From: Selaginella moellendorffii
Taxonomy: Eukaryota > Plantae > Lycopodiophyta
DNA: 64,000 nt
Assembly: GCF_000143415.4 (NCBI RefSeq)
Contig: NW_003314363.1
Coordinates: 124,001-188,000 of the forward strand
Direction of reading: 5' to 3'
A program made the position numbers and the translations under genes. Of this stretch, positions 12,527 to 22,484 are shown piece by piece (position 1 is the first letter of the stretch; each line of letters begins with the position of its first letter). The notes beneath the pieces were generated by a model, which was not told the origin of the DNA, searched no databases, and worked only from the letters and a program-made list of their open reading frames with translations.

Positions 12527-14099
12527 TGCCATGGAGCTCCGCGGCCTCCTCTCTTCGTGCCCCCGCCTCACCCATCTCGACCTCTCGCGCTTCTACTGCT
12601 GGGCCGAGGACATCGCGCCCGCGCTCCAGGCCGGCCCATCCGCCAACCTCCGCGTCCTCAACCTCCTCAAGCTCTCGCCCGAAGGATTCAAGGCCGCGGA
12701 GCTCCTCGCCATCGCCGCTGCGTGTGGGATCAACCTCGAGGAGCTCTACGCGCTGTGCGAGTTCGATCCGCGGTTCCTCGACTGCTTGAGCGACGAGTGC
12801 CTGATCCAGGTCGCCGACTACTGCCCGCGCCTCCGCGTGCTCCACCTCGTAGATTCCACGCAGTTCTCCGCCAGCCGCGATCCCGCCAGCGATGATCCGG
12901 TGTTTAGCGCCGCCGCGCTCGACGCCAGCGTCACGGTCCGGGGGCTGGAATCCCTGTTCCAGGCGCTGCCGCTGCTGGAAGATCTCGCGCTGCTGCTAGG
13001 CCACAAGGTAAGAGACTCCGCCCCGGCATTCGAGGCCCTGGCCAAGAGCTCCAAGAGCGTCCACGCGCTCCACCTCGGCCACTTCCAGGGCTTGTGCTCG
13101 GGCAGCAATGGGATCGCCCGCTGTGGCGCCGCCGGGCTGCGGACCCTCCAGCTCCGGAGCTGTGACGATCTCACGGACGCCGCGCTGGGCGCCATCGCCA
13201 GCGCCAGCCCACAGATCTCCTGGCTGGGCCTCCGCCGCTGCCCGCTCGTCACCCCGGCTGGCCTCTCCTCTTGCGTCTCGATTCTCCGCCGGACTCTCAC
13301 CCGCGTGGAGATCGAGTGCTGCCCGACGCTGTCCACGCGCAATCTCCTCCGCGCGCTAGCTCCGGTGCGATCCACGCTCCAGCACCTCCACGTCGATTGC
13401 GTGTGGGATCAGGACCTGGAAGAAGAAGAACAAGGAGGGGCTGAGCAAGCGCAAGAGCAAGATCAAGTGCTGGATCTCTTCGGAAATCTCGCCTGGAAGA
13501 AGCTCCACCACCTCTCGCTGTGGATCTCGGCAGCGCATCTCATCAGCCCGCTCGTCCAGATGAATCTCATCTCCCACTGCCCGCTCCTCCGCGAGCTCAG
13601 CATCCGGGTGGAGGGCGACTGCCGCCTCTTCGCCAAGCCGCAAGCTCGCGAGTTTGGGCTGCGCTCCTTCGCGCGCTTCCCATCGCTGGCGAGCCTCCGC
13701 CTGGATCTCAGCGAGGCGGTGGGCTACGCGCTCAGCGCCCCCGGCGGCAACCGCGATCTCAGCATCTGGGAGCGCTTCTACCTCCAGGGGATCCAGTCAC
13801 TGCCCGGCCTCCAGGAGCTCGACTACTTCCCTCCCTCGGACAAGGACGTGAACTATCGCGGGATGACGCTGCCGGGAGTGGGACTGATCTCGCAGTGCCA
13901 TGGTCTCCGCAAGCTCTTCGTGCATGGCACCGCGTACGAGCACCTCTTCATGATGCTGCTCAAGATCTATAACTTGCGCGACGTCCAGCTCCGCGCGGAC
14001 TACTTCCCGGCCCCGGATATGGAGACGTCCACCGAGATGAGAGCCGAGTCGTGCAAGCGGTTTGAGACTCTACTCGAGAAGCGTGGCTTCCCCGACTAG
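11907..14099 (+). CDS. MAX2: F-box/LRR protein MAX2/D3 (karrikin/strigolactone signalling), intronless
   Basis: F-box (DTRSRNAASLVCKEW..ERATRR), SPWG, LTVYARD, VRWHQRP, LDYFPP..KDVN, LFVHGTAYEH, RDVQLRADYFPAP and C-terminal helix STEMRAESCKRFE. Confidence 0.95.
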
Positions 14100-14674
14100 A
14101 AATCTGGAAGAAAGCAAGATAAGTTTGTGACATCGATCGTATCGTACCGTACCAGCCAGCTATCAAGATGTTCGCGACGAACTCGGATCGATCAACCGAA
14201 GCGAGATCGAAAAGGTGGCAATGCGATCGTGGAAAATAAGCCTTTTCATCCGTTCCTCCGTTCTGGGGAGTTTGATTAGTGTCGTATCAGACGATGTTCT
14301 GGAAGGCCACAAAAAGAGTGACATGACCGACGTACAGAGAGTGATATTATAGAGCGGGGCCAGCCCTTTACCTCAGTGGGAGCAGTGAATAAAGTAGACT
14401 CTTCTCGCGAGAAAAAGCAAGATGAAACAGTCAGCAGCGAGTCCATTAGAAGAATTCCGAGATTATTTTCACCTTTGGAGTCGATTCTTTTCGCCTTCTC
14501 GTTGACAAAATATCAAAGTGAGTCAGGCCGCACAACAAAGGAAAAGAAAAATCGCTCACGTTTAGAAAGAGTGCACCAGATCGTTGCAGCGGGAGAGTGA
14601 CGAAAATCTCTGCAGGATTTTCGATCCTGTAGCGGAATAAAGAAAGAAAAAAAGGTAAAAAGGAAGTGTGTACC

Positions 14675-16888
14675 TCAAGATAGAAATTCCCGGCCGCTGA
14701 GAAAAAAATCCATGTAGCTCCAGCCTGGTCTCTTCTTGATTCCTCTCTGGCTCATGATCCTCCTCACGTTTGTCGCATCGTCCCAGTTCCCAGCAGCAGC
14801 ATGGGTGTTCGACAGAAGCAGATAAGCCGACGCATTCTCCGGATCCAGAGAAAACACTCGCTCGGCAGCAACAGCTCCTCGTCTCGAGTCTCCGATGCTC
14901 CGGCATGCGCTCAGCAAGATCATCCATGCAACCACGTCCGGGTCGAAAGGCATGGCGACGATCAGCTCTTCCGCTTGCTCGAGCTGCCCAGCTCTGCCGA
15001 GAAGCCCGATCATGCAAAGGTAGAGATCGTAAGGTGGAACGATGGCATAGTCCTCCTGTGCTGAGGTGAAGAAAAACCACGCATCACTAAGCATTCCTCC
15101 ATGGCTGCAAGCGCACAAAACACTTACGACGACGATCCAGTCCGGAACCAAGCCTCCGAGGTTCAAGTTTTGGAAGAGCTCGATGGCACCAGCCGCACAG
15201 CCGTTTTGCGCGAAAGCCACGATGGTGGCCGTCCAGGAACCTATATCGTGCCTCGGCATTTTCTCGAGCATCGTCCTCGCCTCCATCAAAAGGCCACACT
15301 TTCCATACATGTTGATCAGAGCCGTGCCAACTGAGGTCTCCGAGACAACCCCGCCTTGGACGATGCTTGCGTGGATAAGTTTGCCTTCTCGAGGTGCCAC
15401 AAGGCTTGAACATGCCTGTAAAACGCTGGTGTAGGAGACCTTGTCCGCTCGGAAACCTTCCAGATCCATCAGCTTGAACAGCCGAAGAGCAATTTCTGCG
15501 TGACCACTTTCAGCATAGGTTGCGATCATGGAAGTCCATGAAACTGTATCTTGCTCTGGCATTGAATCAAACACCTTCCTCGCGTTGTCCAATTCTTCGC
15601 TCCGCGCATAGCTTGTGATCATTGTCGTCCAAGCAACAAGATTACGCTGAGGCATTTTCTCGAACACGCACCGAGCAGCTTGCAGCTCCCCGTTGAGAGA
15701 GTAGACGCTGAGCATTGCGTTCCAAGAGACGATGTTTGGTCGTGGAATCCGGCTAAACATCCTCCACGACTCTTGGAGCTGTCCGTTCTGGCCGTAAGCC
15801 ACCACCATCGCAGTCCAGGAGATCACATCTCTCTCCTTCATCTCCAAGAACAAGTTTTCGGCCTCTTCAATGTTGCTGCTTTGAGAGTAAGTTTGCACCA
15901 TGGCGTTCCACGAAACCAAGTTCCTCTTCGGCATTCTGTCGAACACACTCCTCGCTTCATCCAGAGCCCGGTTCTGAGCATAAGCCACAATCATCGCGTT
16001 CCAAGACATGACGTCGTGCTGAGTGACACTGTCAAAGATTTCTTTTGCTTCTTCGGCATCGCCACCTTCAGCATACGCCAGCAGCATTGCAGTGCACGAA
16101 GCAACGCTGTGCTCGGGCATGTCTTCAAAGATTTCTCTCGCAGCATCGATCTTCCCCGACTGAGCGTAAGAGGTGACCATCGCGATCCAGGAAGCTCTAT
16201 CCCACTCTGCCATCCGATCAAACACTCCTTTCGTTTCTTCCAGGCTTCCGCGAGCCGAGGAAGACTGAAGCACCAAGTTCCAAGATATCAAATCCTTCAC
16301 TGGCAGTCTGTGAAAAAAATCCCAGGCCTCTCCATGATGCGCGTAGCCTTGCAGCATCGAATTGCAAGTAACCAAGTTCCACCCCGGCATCCCCTCAAAC
16401 ACTCTTCTGGCATCTTTCAACATTCCAGCCGCGGCATGAGCCGTCACGAGAGCGTTCCACGGAACTAGATTCTTCTCCGGCATCTCATCGAAGACGCGCC
16501 TCGCATCGACCAAGAATCCATCCTGGCTGTAGATTCCTATCATGGCGGTACAGGAAACCATATCCCTCTGAGGCATTTTCTGGAATACGATCTTGGATCT
16601 ATCCAAATGCCCGTTCTCGGCATACGCTCCACACAAGAGCGTCCACGAGAAGACATTCTTCCTGTGGATCCTTGCAAATGCCGCAAGCGATTTCTCCACC
16701 TGGCCGCAGCTCCCATACATCCGGACGAGCAAATTTCCCAAAATCGTTCCGCGATCCATCCCCGTCGCGGCAAAATGCGCGTGGAGCTTCCTGCCTTCGG
16801 CAAGATCCCTGGCATCACCGAGGTGCCGCAGCCAGGAAACGAGGAGATGCGATCCATCGGCGGCTCCATCGCTGATCCTCCCGCGCAT
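14675..16888 (-). CDS. PLS-class PPR protein with E domains and no DYW (putative organellar RNA-editing factor)
   Basis: About 12 tandem 31-aa S/SS motifs, then P-L-S-P2-L2-S2-E1-E2, ending at a PG box (KKRPGWSY). Intronless. ATG 16888 preferred to the ORF-track start. Confidence 0.92.
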   Translation of the reverse strand: MRGRISDGAADGSHLLVSWLRHLGDARDLAEGRKLHAHFAATGMDRGTILGNLLVRMYGSCGQVEKSLAAFARIHRKNVFSWTLLCGAYAENGHLDRSKIVFQKMPQRDMVSCTAMIGIYSQDGFLVDARRVFDEMPEKNLVPWNALVTAHAAAGMLKDARRVFEGMPGWNLVTCNSMLQGYAHHGEAWDFFHRLPVKDLISWNLVLQSSSARGSLEETKGVFDRMAEWDRASWIAMVTSYAQSGKIDAAREIFEDMPEHSVASCTAMLLAYAEGGDAEEAKEIFDSVTQHDVMSWNAMIVAYAQNRALDEARSVFDRMPKRNLVSWNAMVQTYSQSSNIEEAENLFLEMKERDVISWTAMVVAYGQNGQLQESWRMFSRIPRPNIVSWNAMLSVYSLNGELQAARCVFEKMPQRNLVAWTTMITSYARSEELDNARKVFDSMPEQDTVSWTSMIATYAESGHAEIALRLFKLMDLEGFRADKVSYTSVLQACSSLVAPREGKLIHASIVQGGVVSETSVGTALINMYGKCGLLMEARTMLEKMPRHDIGSWTATIVAFAQNGCAAGAIELFQNLNLGGLVPDWIVVVSVLCACSHGGMLSDAWFFFTSAQEDYAIVPPYDLYLCMIGLLGRAGQLEQAEELIVAMPFDPDVVAWMILLSACRSIGDSRRGAVAAERVFSLDPENASAYLLLSNTHAAAGNWDDATNVRRIMSQRGIKKRPGWSYMDFFLSGREFLS

Positions 16889-16930
16889 CCACACATTAGG
16901 GCGAGTGGCAGTGTGGGTTTTAGTGTGGTC

Positions 16931-16945
16931 TAGGTTAGGGTTTTT
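16931..16945. promoter_or_regulatory. Telo-box in the PPR/SmD1 divergent promoter
   Basis: TAGGGTTT (reverse of AAACCCTA) about 60-70 bp upstream of the SmD1 ATG. Similar motifs lie in SmD1 intron 1 and before Nop9 (about 22445-22476). Confidence 0.5.
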
Positions 16946-17005
16946 GTGCGCGGCAAGAACTCCCAGTGTAGAAGGCGGCTTTGCGAGCGAGGAGACGCCG
17001 CCGAG

Positions 17006-17576
17006 ATGAAGCTCGTGAGGTACGTCAGCGCATCTCCATCGCCTCTCCTCTTTCTCTTCCACAGGGTTTAGGGTTCTCGCGCACTGACAGTCTGATTTCT
17101 CGCTTCTCCCAGATTTCTGATGAAGCTAAACAACGAGACGGTATCGATCGAGCTCAAGAATGGGACTATTGTGAATGGAACAATCACAGGTGTGATGTCT
17201 CTAGGCTAGTTTCTAGCGATTGTTTTCTCTGATAAGTTTCCCTTTTCCTCTGGTGTGTAGGCGTGGATATCAGCATGAACACCCATCTCAAGGCCGTGAA
17301 GCTGGTGTTGAAAGGGAAGAACCCCGTCACAATGGATCATCTCAGCATCCGAGGGAACAACATCCGCTACTACATTCTACCCGACAGCTTGAATCTCGAG
17401 ACGCTGCTCGTGGACGATACGCCCAGAGTGAAGCAGAAGAAACCAGCGGCGGGTATGATCATCCTTGTTCTTCGTGCTTGCTTCTAAAATTTGTGCTGCT
17501 TTTCTTCCTTCCAGGCAAACCGGCTGGCCGAGGACGGGGCCGAGGTCGGGGCCGGGGCCGAGGCCGAGGCCGATAG
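17006..17576 (+). CDS. SmD1: Small nuclear ribonucleoprotein Sm D1
   Basis: [23 protein letters not shown]...[10 protein letters not shown]...[23 protein letters not shown] and a GR-repeat tail. 4 exons. Confidence 0.97.
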
Positions 17577-17690
17577 GAGTCGACCGGAGTGTATGATATT
17601 TTGTGAAAGCAAGAAGCCGCCAGCCTCCCAGTTAACCGGAAGAAGAAAAAAAAATGGTAGTCCCTCGAGGTTGTATCTTTCCTTTCCATG

Positions 17691-18620
17691 TCAACTCCTT
17701 TCGTTCACCATCAATAGTTGCAAGAGTGCTCCAGCCTTGGACTTTGCCCGCTGCGTTCCGGCCGAGAGCAAGCTACACAGCGCCGAGACGCACACATCGA
17801 ACTCGATGAGCTTCTCGACGACGGCGTCGCCGCCCGTTTGGCACAGCGCGAGCAGCGCGGCGCTGGCGTGCTCCCGGCACCGCGACGACTCCCCGGGCTC
17901 GAGGAGCTCCACCAAGAGGGCCAGGATCTTGGGCTTGCTCAGCGCCGCCACGCCCTCGTCGCAGGAGGCGAGCTGCGTGAGCAGCGCGAGAGCGTCGGCG
18001 GCGGCGTTGTCGACGTTGCCACTGTCGTCCCTCTTTGGGATTCTAACCCTACGCTCCACCATGGCCAGCAAGATCTCGAGAGTACCTTTGCGGATGATCC
18101 TCGACTTGTTTAGCGGCGAGAGGGAGAGGTGGAAGAGGGCCTTGATCGCGTCCTTCCTCGACCGCGGCGACTCGTGCTGGAGGAGCTCCAGCAGCGCCGT
18201 GATCACACCCTCCTTCTCGCCGATTGGATTCCTGTACTCCTCGACCATGAGCACGCTGAAGAGCGTCGTGGCGGCGTTCTGCCGCGATTCCTCCCGCGCG
18301 CCGCAGCGCACCGTGTCGGCGATGCGATCGATCGCGCCGCGCGTCTCCACGATGCGCCCCTTGTTGGGGTGCGCGATGGAGGTGTTGAGGAGGCAAGTGA
18401 TGGCGTCCTCTTGCACGGCCGGGTCGGGCGAGGAGAGGAGGTGGACGAGATGGGGGATTGCGCCCGCGTCGCCGATGCATAGCCTGTGATCGTCGTCGCG
18501 CTTGGATAGAATTCGCAGCGTGTGTACCATGTCCTTCTGATCACTCAAAGAGCCCATCACCATGCTCGTCACTAGCGCATCCACCCGGATCATCAACGAA
18601 TCTAGCGGTTCCATATCCAT
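17691..18620 (-). CDS. ARM-repeat protein (PUB-like, no U-box visible)
   Basis: GAIPHLVHLL, QEDAITCLLN, SRQNAATTLFS, RKDAIKALFHL, REHASAALLALC, GTQRAKSKA. Confidence 0.88.
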   Translation of the reverse strand: MDMEPLDSLMIRVDALVTSMVMGSLSDQKDMVHTLRILSKRDDDHRLCIGDAGAIPHLVHLLSSPDPAVQEDAITCLLNTSIAHPNKGRIVETRGAIDRIADTVRCGAREESRQNAATTLFSVLMVEEYRNPIGEKEGVITALLELLQHESPRSRKDAIKALFHLSLSPLNKSRIIRKGTLEILLAMVERRVRIPKRDDSGNVDNAAADALALLTQLASCDEGVAALSKPKILALLVELLEPGESSRCREHASAALLALCQTGGDAVVEKLIEFDVCVSALCSLLSAGTQRAKSKAGALLQLLMVNERS

Positions 18621-18862
18621 AGCCGCCGCTAAAAAAGAGCAGCACCCTCCTTCCTCTTGCTTGCTTTTCGTAACAACGTGTCCGTACGAGAAACTGGCAT
18701 GTGGTCACTTTCCCGTAGGACGCACGGCCGCTTGAATGGATCAAAAGAAAACTTCATCTAAAATGGTGGCTCGCAGCGAACCTGGGAGACGCGATCTCCT
18801 GTTTTTGCAACGAAATTTTCACAGCCTTCCTTCGGCCCGAAGGCCCGAGCGATCTTCCTGCG

Positions 18863-20270
18863 CTAGTAGATTTTGTAGTACTGCGATCGGGATGCGCTAC
18901 GCCTGGCGCAGCAGCCAACCGAGTAGACGACAATCTGCAAGAGAACAGCGTGAGCCATCGATGACGTAAGGAATAGAATCGCATTTCTTCTTCTCATTTT
19001 TTTCCCCGGTACCAGGATGACGAAGAGGACAACGTTGAAGGTTGACATGCGGCGCCATTTCTTCTTTAAGTACTCCGCCACTCCAGCTCTTTTTCAAGCA
19101 AGAAAACAATCCAACCATAAGACGACAGGCGACTTCACACACAAAGTAGGTAGCGGATAATGCTTACTTGCAAGAATCGCAGTTGTAGCATTTGGTCTCG
19201 CGGTCGTTCTTATACGTTCTGCAGTCCTTGTTCGAGCTTCGTATCCGAGATGTGAGGTCGTAGAACGTTGAGTTCTTCATCGCAAAGCCACACCTGCAAA
19301 ACAAGAGATTAGTCCTGGAATTATGGAGTTTTCTCTCAACTCAGATGGTGGCCTGCAGCAGCCTGACTCGATCGAGCTCAGCTTGCCGTTCCTCATGCTC
19401 CTGATGGTCTGACAACATAAAATCACGGAGAATTGTTCAAGAGAAAACGAATAAATGCTTACATACATGATACTTCTTGGGGAGCTCGTTGCATAAGCTA
19501 GTTTGCACAAAACAGCTCTTGAGATGCTTCCACCTCGCCGGGTCATTTGTCTGACAAAATAAATTGATAAAGTTCGTCACAAGGAAAAGAGTTTTAAACC
19601 TGTTTCTGGATCCAGTGGGAATAGTCTCCGAGCCTGTACTCCTTGAATCTGGAAACGACAATTCAAGCATGACATGTCCTTATTCTGACTACTTGAAAAG
19701 TAAAATCTCTTACGCTTGACCACTGATAGCATGTCCAGCGCCTTTGCTTGTCACAACGAACCTGGAGGAACAGCAAGCTTGATTATCAAGCTCAATCAGC
19801 ATTTGCAACTTACGCAAAAACAGTGAAAACGGCAACTCCAGCGATCAGGAGGAACAAAACAGTCAGGTACTGTTGCAATGTCAAGGAGAAAAGAAATTGA
19901 AGATAGAAAAAGAAAAGGAAGGATACAGTCCACAAGAGGCAAACGTTGTCCCTCCAAGCTCCAACACAGCCAACGAGTGAGCTGTAACACCCAGGAAGAA
20001 CATTAATTCGCACATTTATTCCATGGCTATTCCATGAGGAAAAGGTCTTACAGGATCAAAGAGAACGCTCCAATGACGAGAACAGGAGCCGTGAAAAACT
20101 TCTCGCAATCCCCATGCTTGGCAGCCAGGAAAATCCCGAAAGACAAAATCGCCAGTGACGCAATCTGTGACATCAGATCGAAAATACTTCCCAATGCCGA
20201 TCGCGCCACATACCAGAGTGATCAAGTTTATCCAAGTGATCACGAAGGAGCTGATCCGATACCGTCCCAT
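18863..20270 (-). CDS. Tetraspanin, many-intron (TET10-like)
   Basis: N-terminal TM (SSFVITWINLITL), plant TET motif ESGCCRPPS, C-terminus IVVYSVGCCARR. About 10 short exons. Confidence 0.85.
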
Positions 20271-20661
20271 TGTCGAATCCACTGCGCTTGCAAGAAAGAA
20301 AAGATTCTCTGCATCGATTCACGGCGCCAGGATTCACAAACCTGATCGATCGACCGCGCCGTGATCTCACATTCGTGACCGGGAACCCTAGAAGCACGAC
20401 GGGCGAACGAAAAAGCTCCCAGGAATGGTACTAGCTCGCTACCTAGAAGTTAAAACACTGCATGGGTAATCACGCATCTGGATTGAAAACCTGTCAGTAA
20501 ATGACACGTGTCTGCTAGCGAGTGGACTAAACCTAAGCGGGAAAATATTTGAAAAGTTCCGCGTTACCTCTGACAGTGACTGCTGCCCTAGAACGTACGA
20601 AGGAGAAAGTTACTTCCATGATTTACCGGGGTCATCGATCCAAAGATATTCCAGCCCTAAG

Positions 20662-22428
20662 ATGCCTGTTCCAGGATCGTTGGAGAGGTCTTTCAGTGTA
20701 GCGTACACAATCCACAAGGGGCGGCAGCGGCATCAGCGTGAATCCCGCAGGAAATCGTCCATCCAATGCCAGCTGAATCCCCAGCCAGAGCAGCAGAGAT
20801 CTGTGAGTCCAATTCCTCTCAAAGAATGCTTAGATTTGACGACAACAAGAAGGGCGGCGCTAGCTGCGCCACTCGTCGCGACGGCAGTGGCAACAGTCGC
20901 CAATCCAGCAAGAGCTTTGATCCAGACGGGCCTGGAGAGGGATTCGACGAGGCAATCCCAGAATGCGGTCGACAGGTTGCAAAGTAGGGTTTCTACATTC
21001 CAGCTCGGGAATGGGATGAAATGGATCGTCCTGGAGCGTCACAATGCTCCAATTGTCGCTTGCCACACCTATGCCGACGTTGGAGCGGCGGATGAATCCA
21101 CTGGAATGACTGGGATTGCTCATCTTCTCGAGCATCTAGCATTCAAGGGGACGAGGCTGATTGGAAGCCGAGATTTCGAGCGTGAATCGGAAGCACTGGA
21201 TCAGCTGGACGAGATCTTTTACGCTCTCAGGGATGCCAAGGTGGCCAAAAATTCCAAGCTCGTGGCGAAGCTGGTGGAAGAATTTACAAGAGCTCAAGAA
21301 CAAGCAGCAAAGTTCTCTGCCGCCAGCCAGTATGGGTCTTTGATCGAGAGGCAAGGCGGAGTGGGCCTCAACGCTCAGACCTCGCAGGACTCCACCGAGT
21401 ATTTCGTTTCTCTGCCAGCCAACAAGCTGGAGCTCTGGATGGCGCTCGAGAGTGGACGATTCATGGCGCCGGTTTTCAGAGATTTGTACGCCGAGAAGGA
21501 AGTCGTGAAGGAAGAGAGGCGCCTGAGAGTGGAGAATTCTCCGTATGGTCGCTTCACCGAGGCATTCACCGAGGCCGCATTCCCAGGCCAAGCTTACGGC
21601 CGGCCCATCATCGGCTACCCGAGTGACTTTGAGAAGATCGGCCGGAGAGAAGTGACCGACTTCTTCACCAAAAACTACACTCCTTGCAAGCTCACTTGTG
21701 CCGTGGTTGGCGACGTGAATCCAGTCGAGGTTGAGAAGCTAGCCACTCGCTTCTTCGGCAGCTGGAAAACTCCTTGCGCATCACCAACGTCCTCGTCACC
21801 GAGAAGTTATTCCGAGCTCTGGAGGTCCCAAGATGGTTGGGACGATTTTGCTGCTTCCAAGCCTCCTCCGGGAGAGATCTTGAGGATGCCTTCGCCGGCA
21901 CAGCCTCTCTACATGGAAGGCTACTACAGGCCAGCTTCGTGGTCTTCGGATGATCCAGTTCTCTCGGTGATCAGCGACGTCCTCGCCGGCGGCCGAGTCT
22001 CCAGGCTCTACAAACGGCTCATCGCTCCCAGCAGGGTCCTCTCGGCGGAGTGCCTCTCGAGCTTTCCAGGCGACAAGTTCCCGTGCTTGATGATGCTCTA
22101 TGCTTCTCCAACGCCCGGTTCGAGCAGCACCGAGAAGCTAGCCGGCCTCGTTCACGACCAGCTCCAGGACCTGGTTCGCCAAGGGGTCGAGGAGGGCGAG
22201 CTGGTTCCAATCCGGAAGTCGACGCGAGCGAGCTTGCTGGAAGCGCTGGGAAGCAATTCCTCCATGGCGAGGATTCTCAGCACTTACGAAGCTACAGCGG
22301 GGTCTTGGAACCGTGTTCTTGAGGAAACTCGAGAGATCGAGTCGGTCACCAGGGACGACGTTGTCCGAGTCGCGAGCAAGCTCTTCACTCCCTCGAATCG
22401 TATTGCTGGAAGCACACGGCCTGTTTAG
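20662..22428 (+). CDS. M16 (insulinase-family) zinc metallopeptidase, intronless, with bipartite plastid/Tat signal
   Basis: TGIAHLLEHLAFKGT (HXXEH), LNAQTSQDST.Y, EKEVVKEERR, YGRPIIG, GGRVSRLYKRL. N-terminus has a transit peptide followed by RR-hydrophobic-ARA. Confidence 0.9.
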   Translation: MPVPGSLERSFSVAYTIHKGRQRHQRESRRKSSIQCQLNPQPEQQRSVSPIPLKECLDLTTTRRAALAAPLVATAVATVANPARALIQTGLERDSTRQSQNAVDRLQSRVSTFQLGNGMKWIVLERHNAPIVACHTYADVGAADESTGMTGIAHLLEHLAFKGTRLIGSRDFERESEALDQLDEIFYALRDAKVAKNSKLVAKLVEEFTRAQEQAAKFSAASQYGSLIERQGGVGLNAQTSQDSTEYFVSLPANKLELWMALESGRFMAPVFRDLYAEKEVVKEERRLRVENSPYGRFTEAFTEAAFPGQAYGRPIIGYPSDFEKIGRREVTDFFTKNYTPCKLTCAVVGDVNPVEVEKLATRFFGSWKTPCASPTSSSPRSYSELWRSQDGWDDFAASKPPPGEILRMPSPAQPLYMEGYYRPASWSSDDPVLSVISDVLAGGRVSRLYKRLIAPSRVLSAECLSSFPGDKFPCLMMLYASPTPGSSSTEKLAGLVHDQLQDLVRQGVEEGELVPIRKSTRASLLEALGSNSSMARILSTYEATAGSWNRVLEETREIESVTRDDVVRVASKLFTPSNRIAGSTRPV

Positions 22429-22484
22429 TGAAAGAATTTAGTGCTAAACCTTTAAACCCTTGGAAATTTAGGGTTCTTCCGCGG

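Noticed and set aside
11921-13972. Many overlapping alternative-frame and antisense ORFs in MAX2 (similarly in the ARM, FPP and decarboxylase genes)
   Set aside because: Expected from high GC content; no recognisable motifs.
16889-17062. ORF-track extension of the PPR overlapping SmD1 exon 1
   Set aside because: Begins at a non-ATG codon and crosses the SmD1 promoter and intron. ATG 16888 is more plausible.
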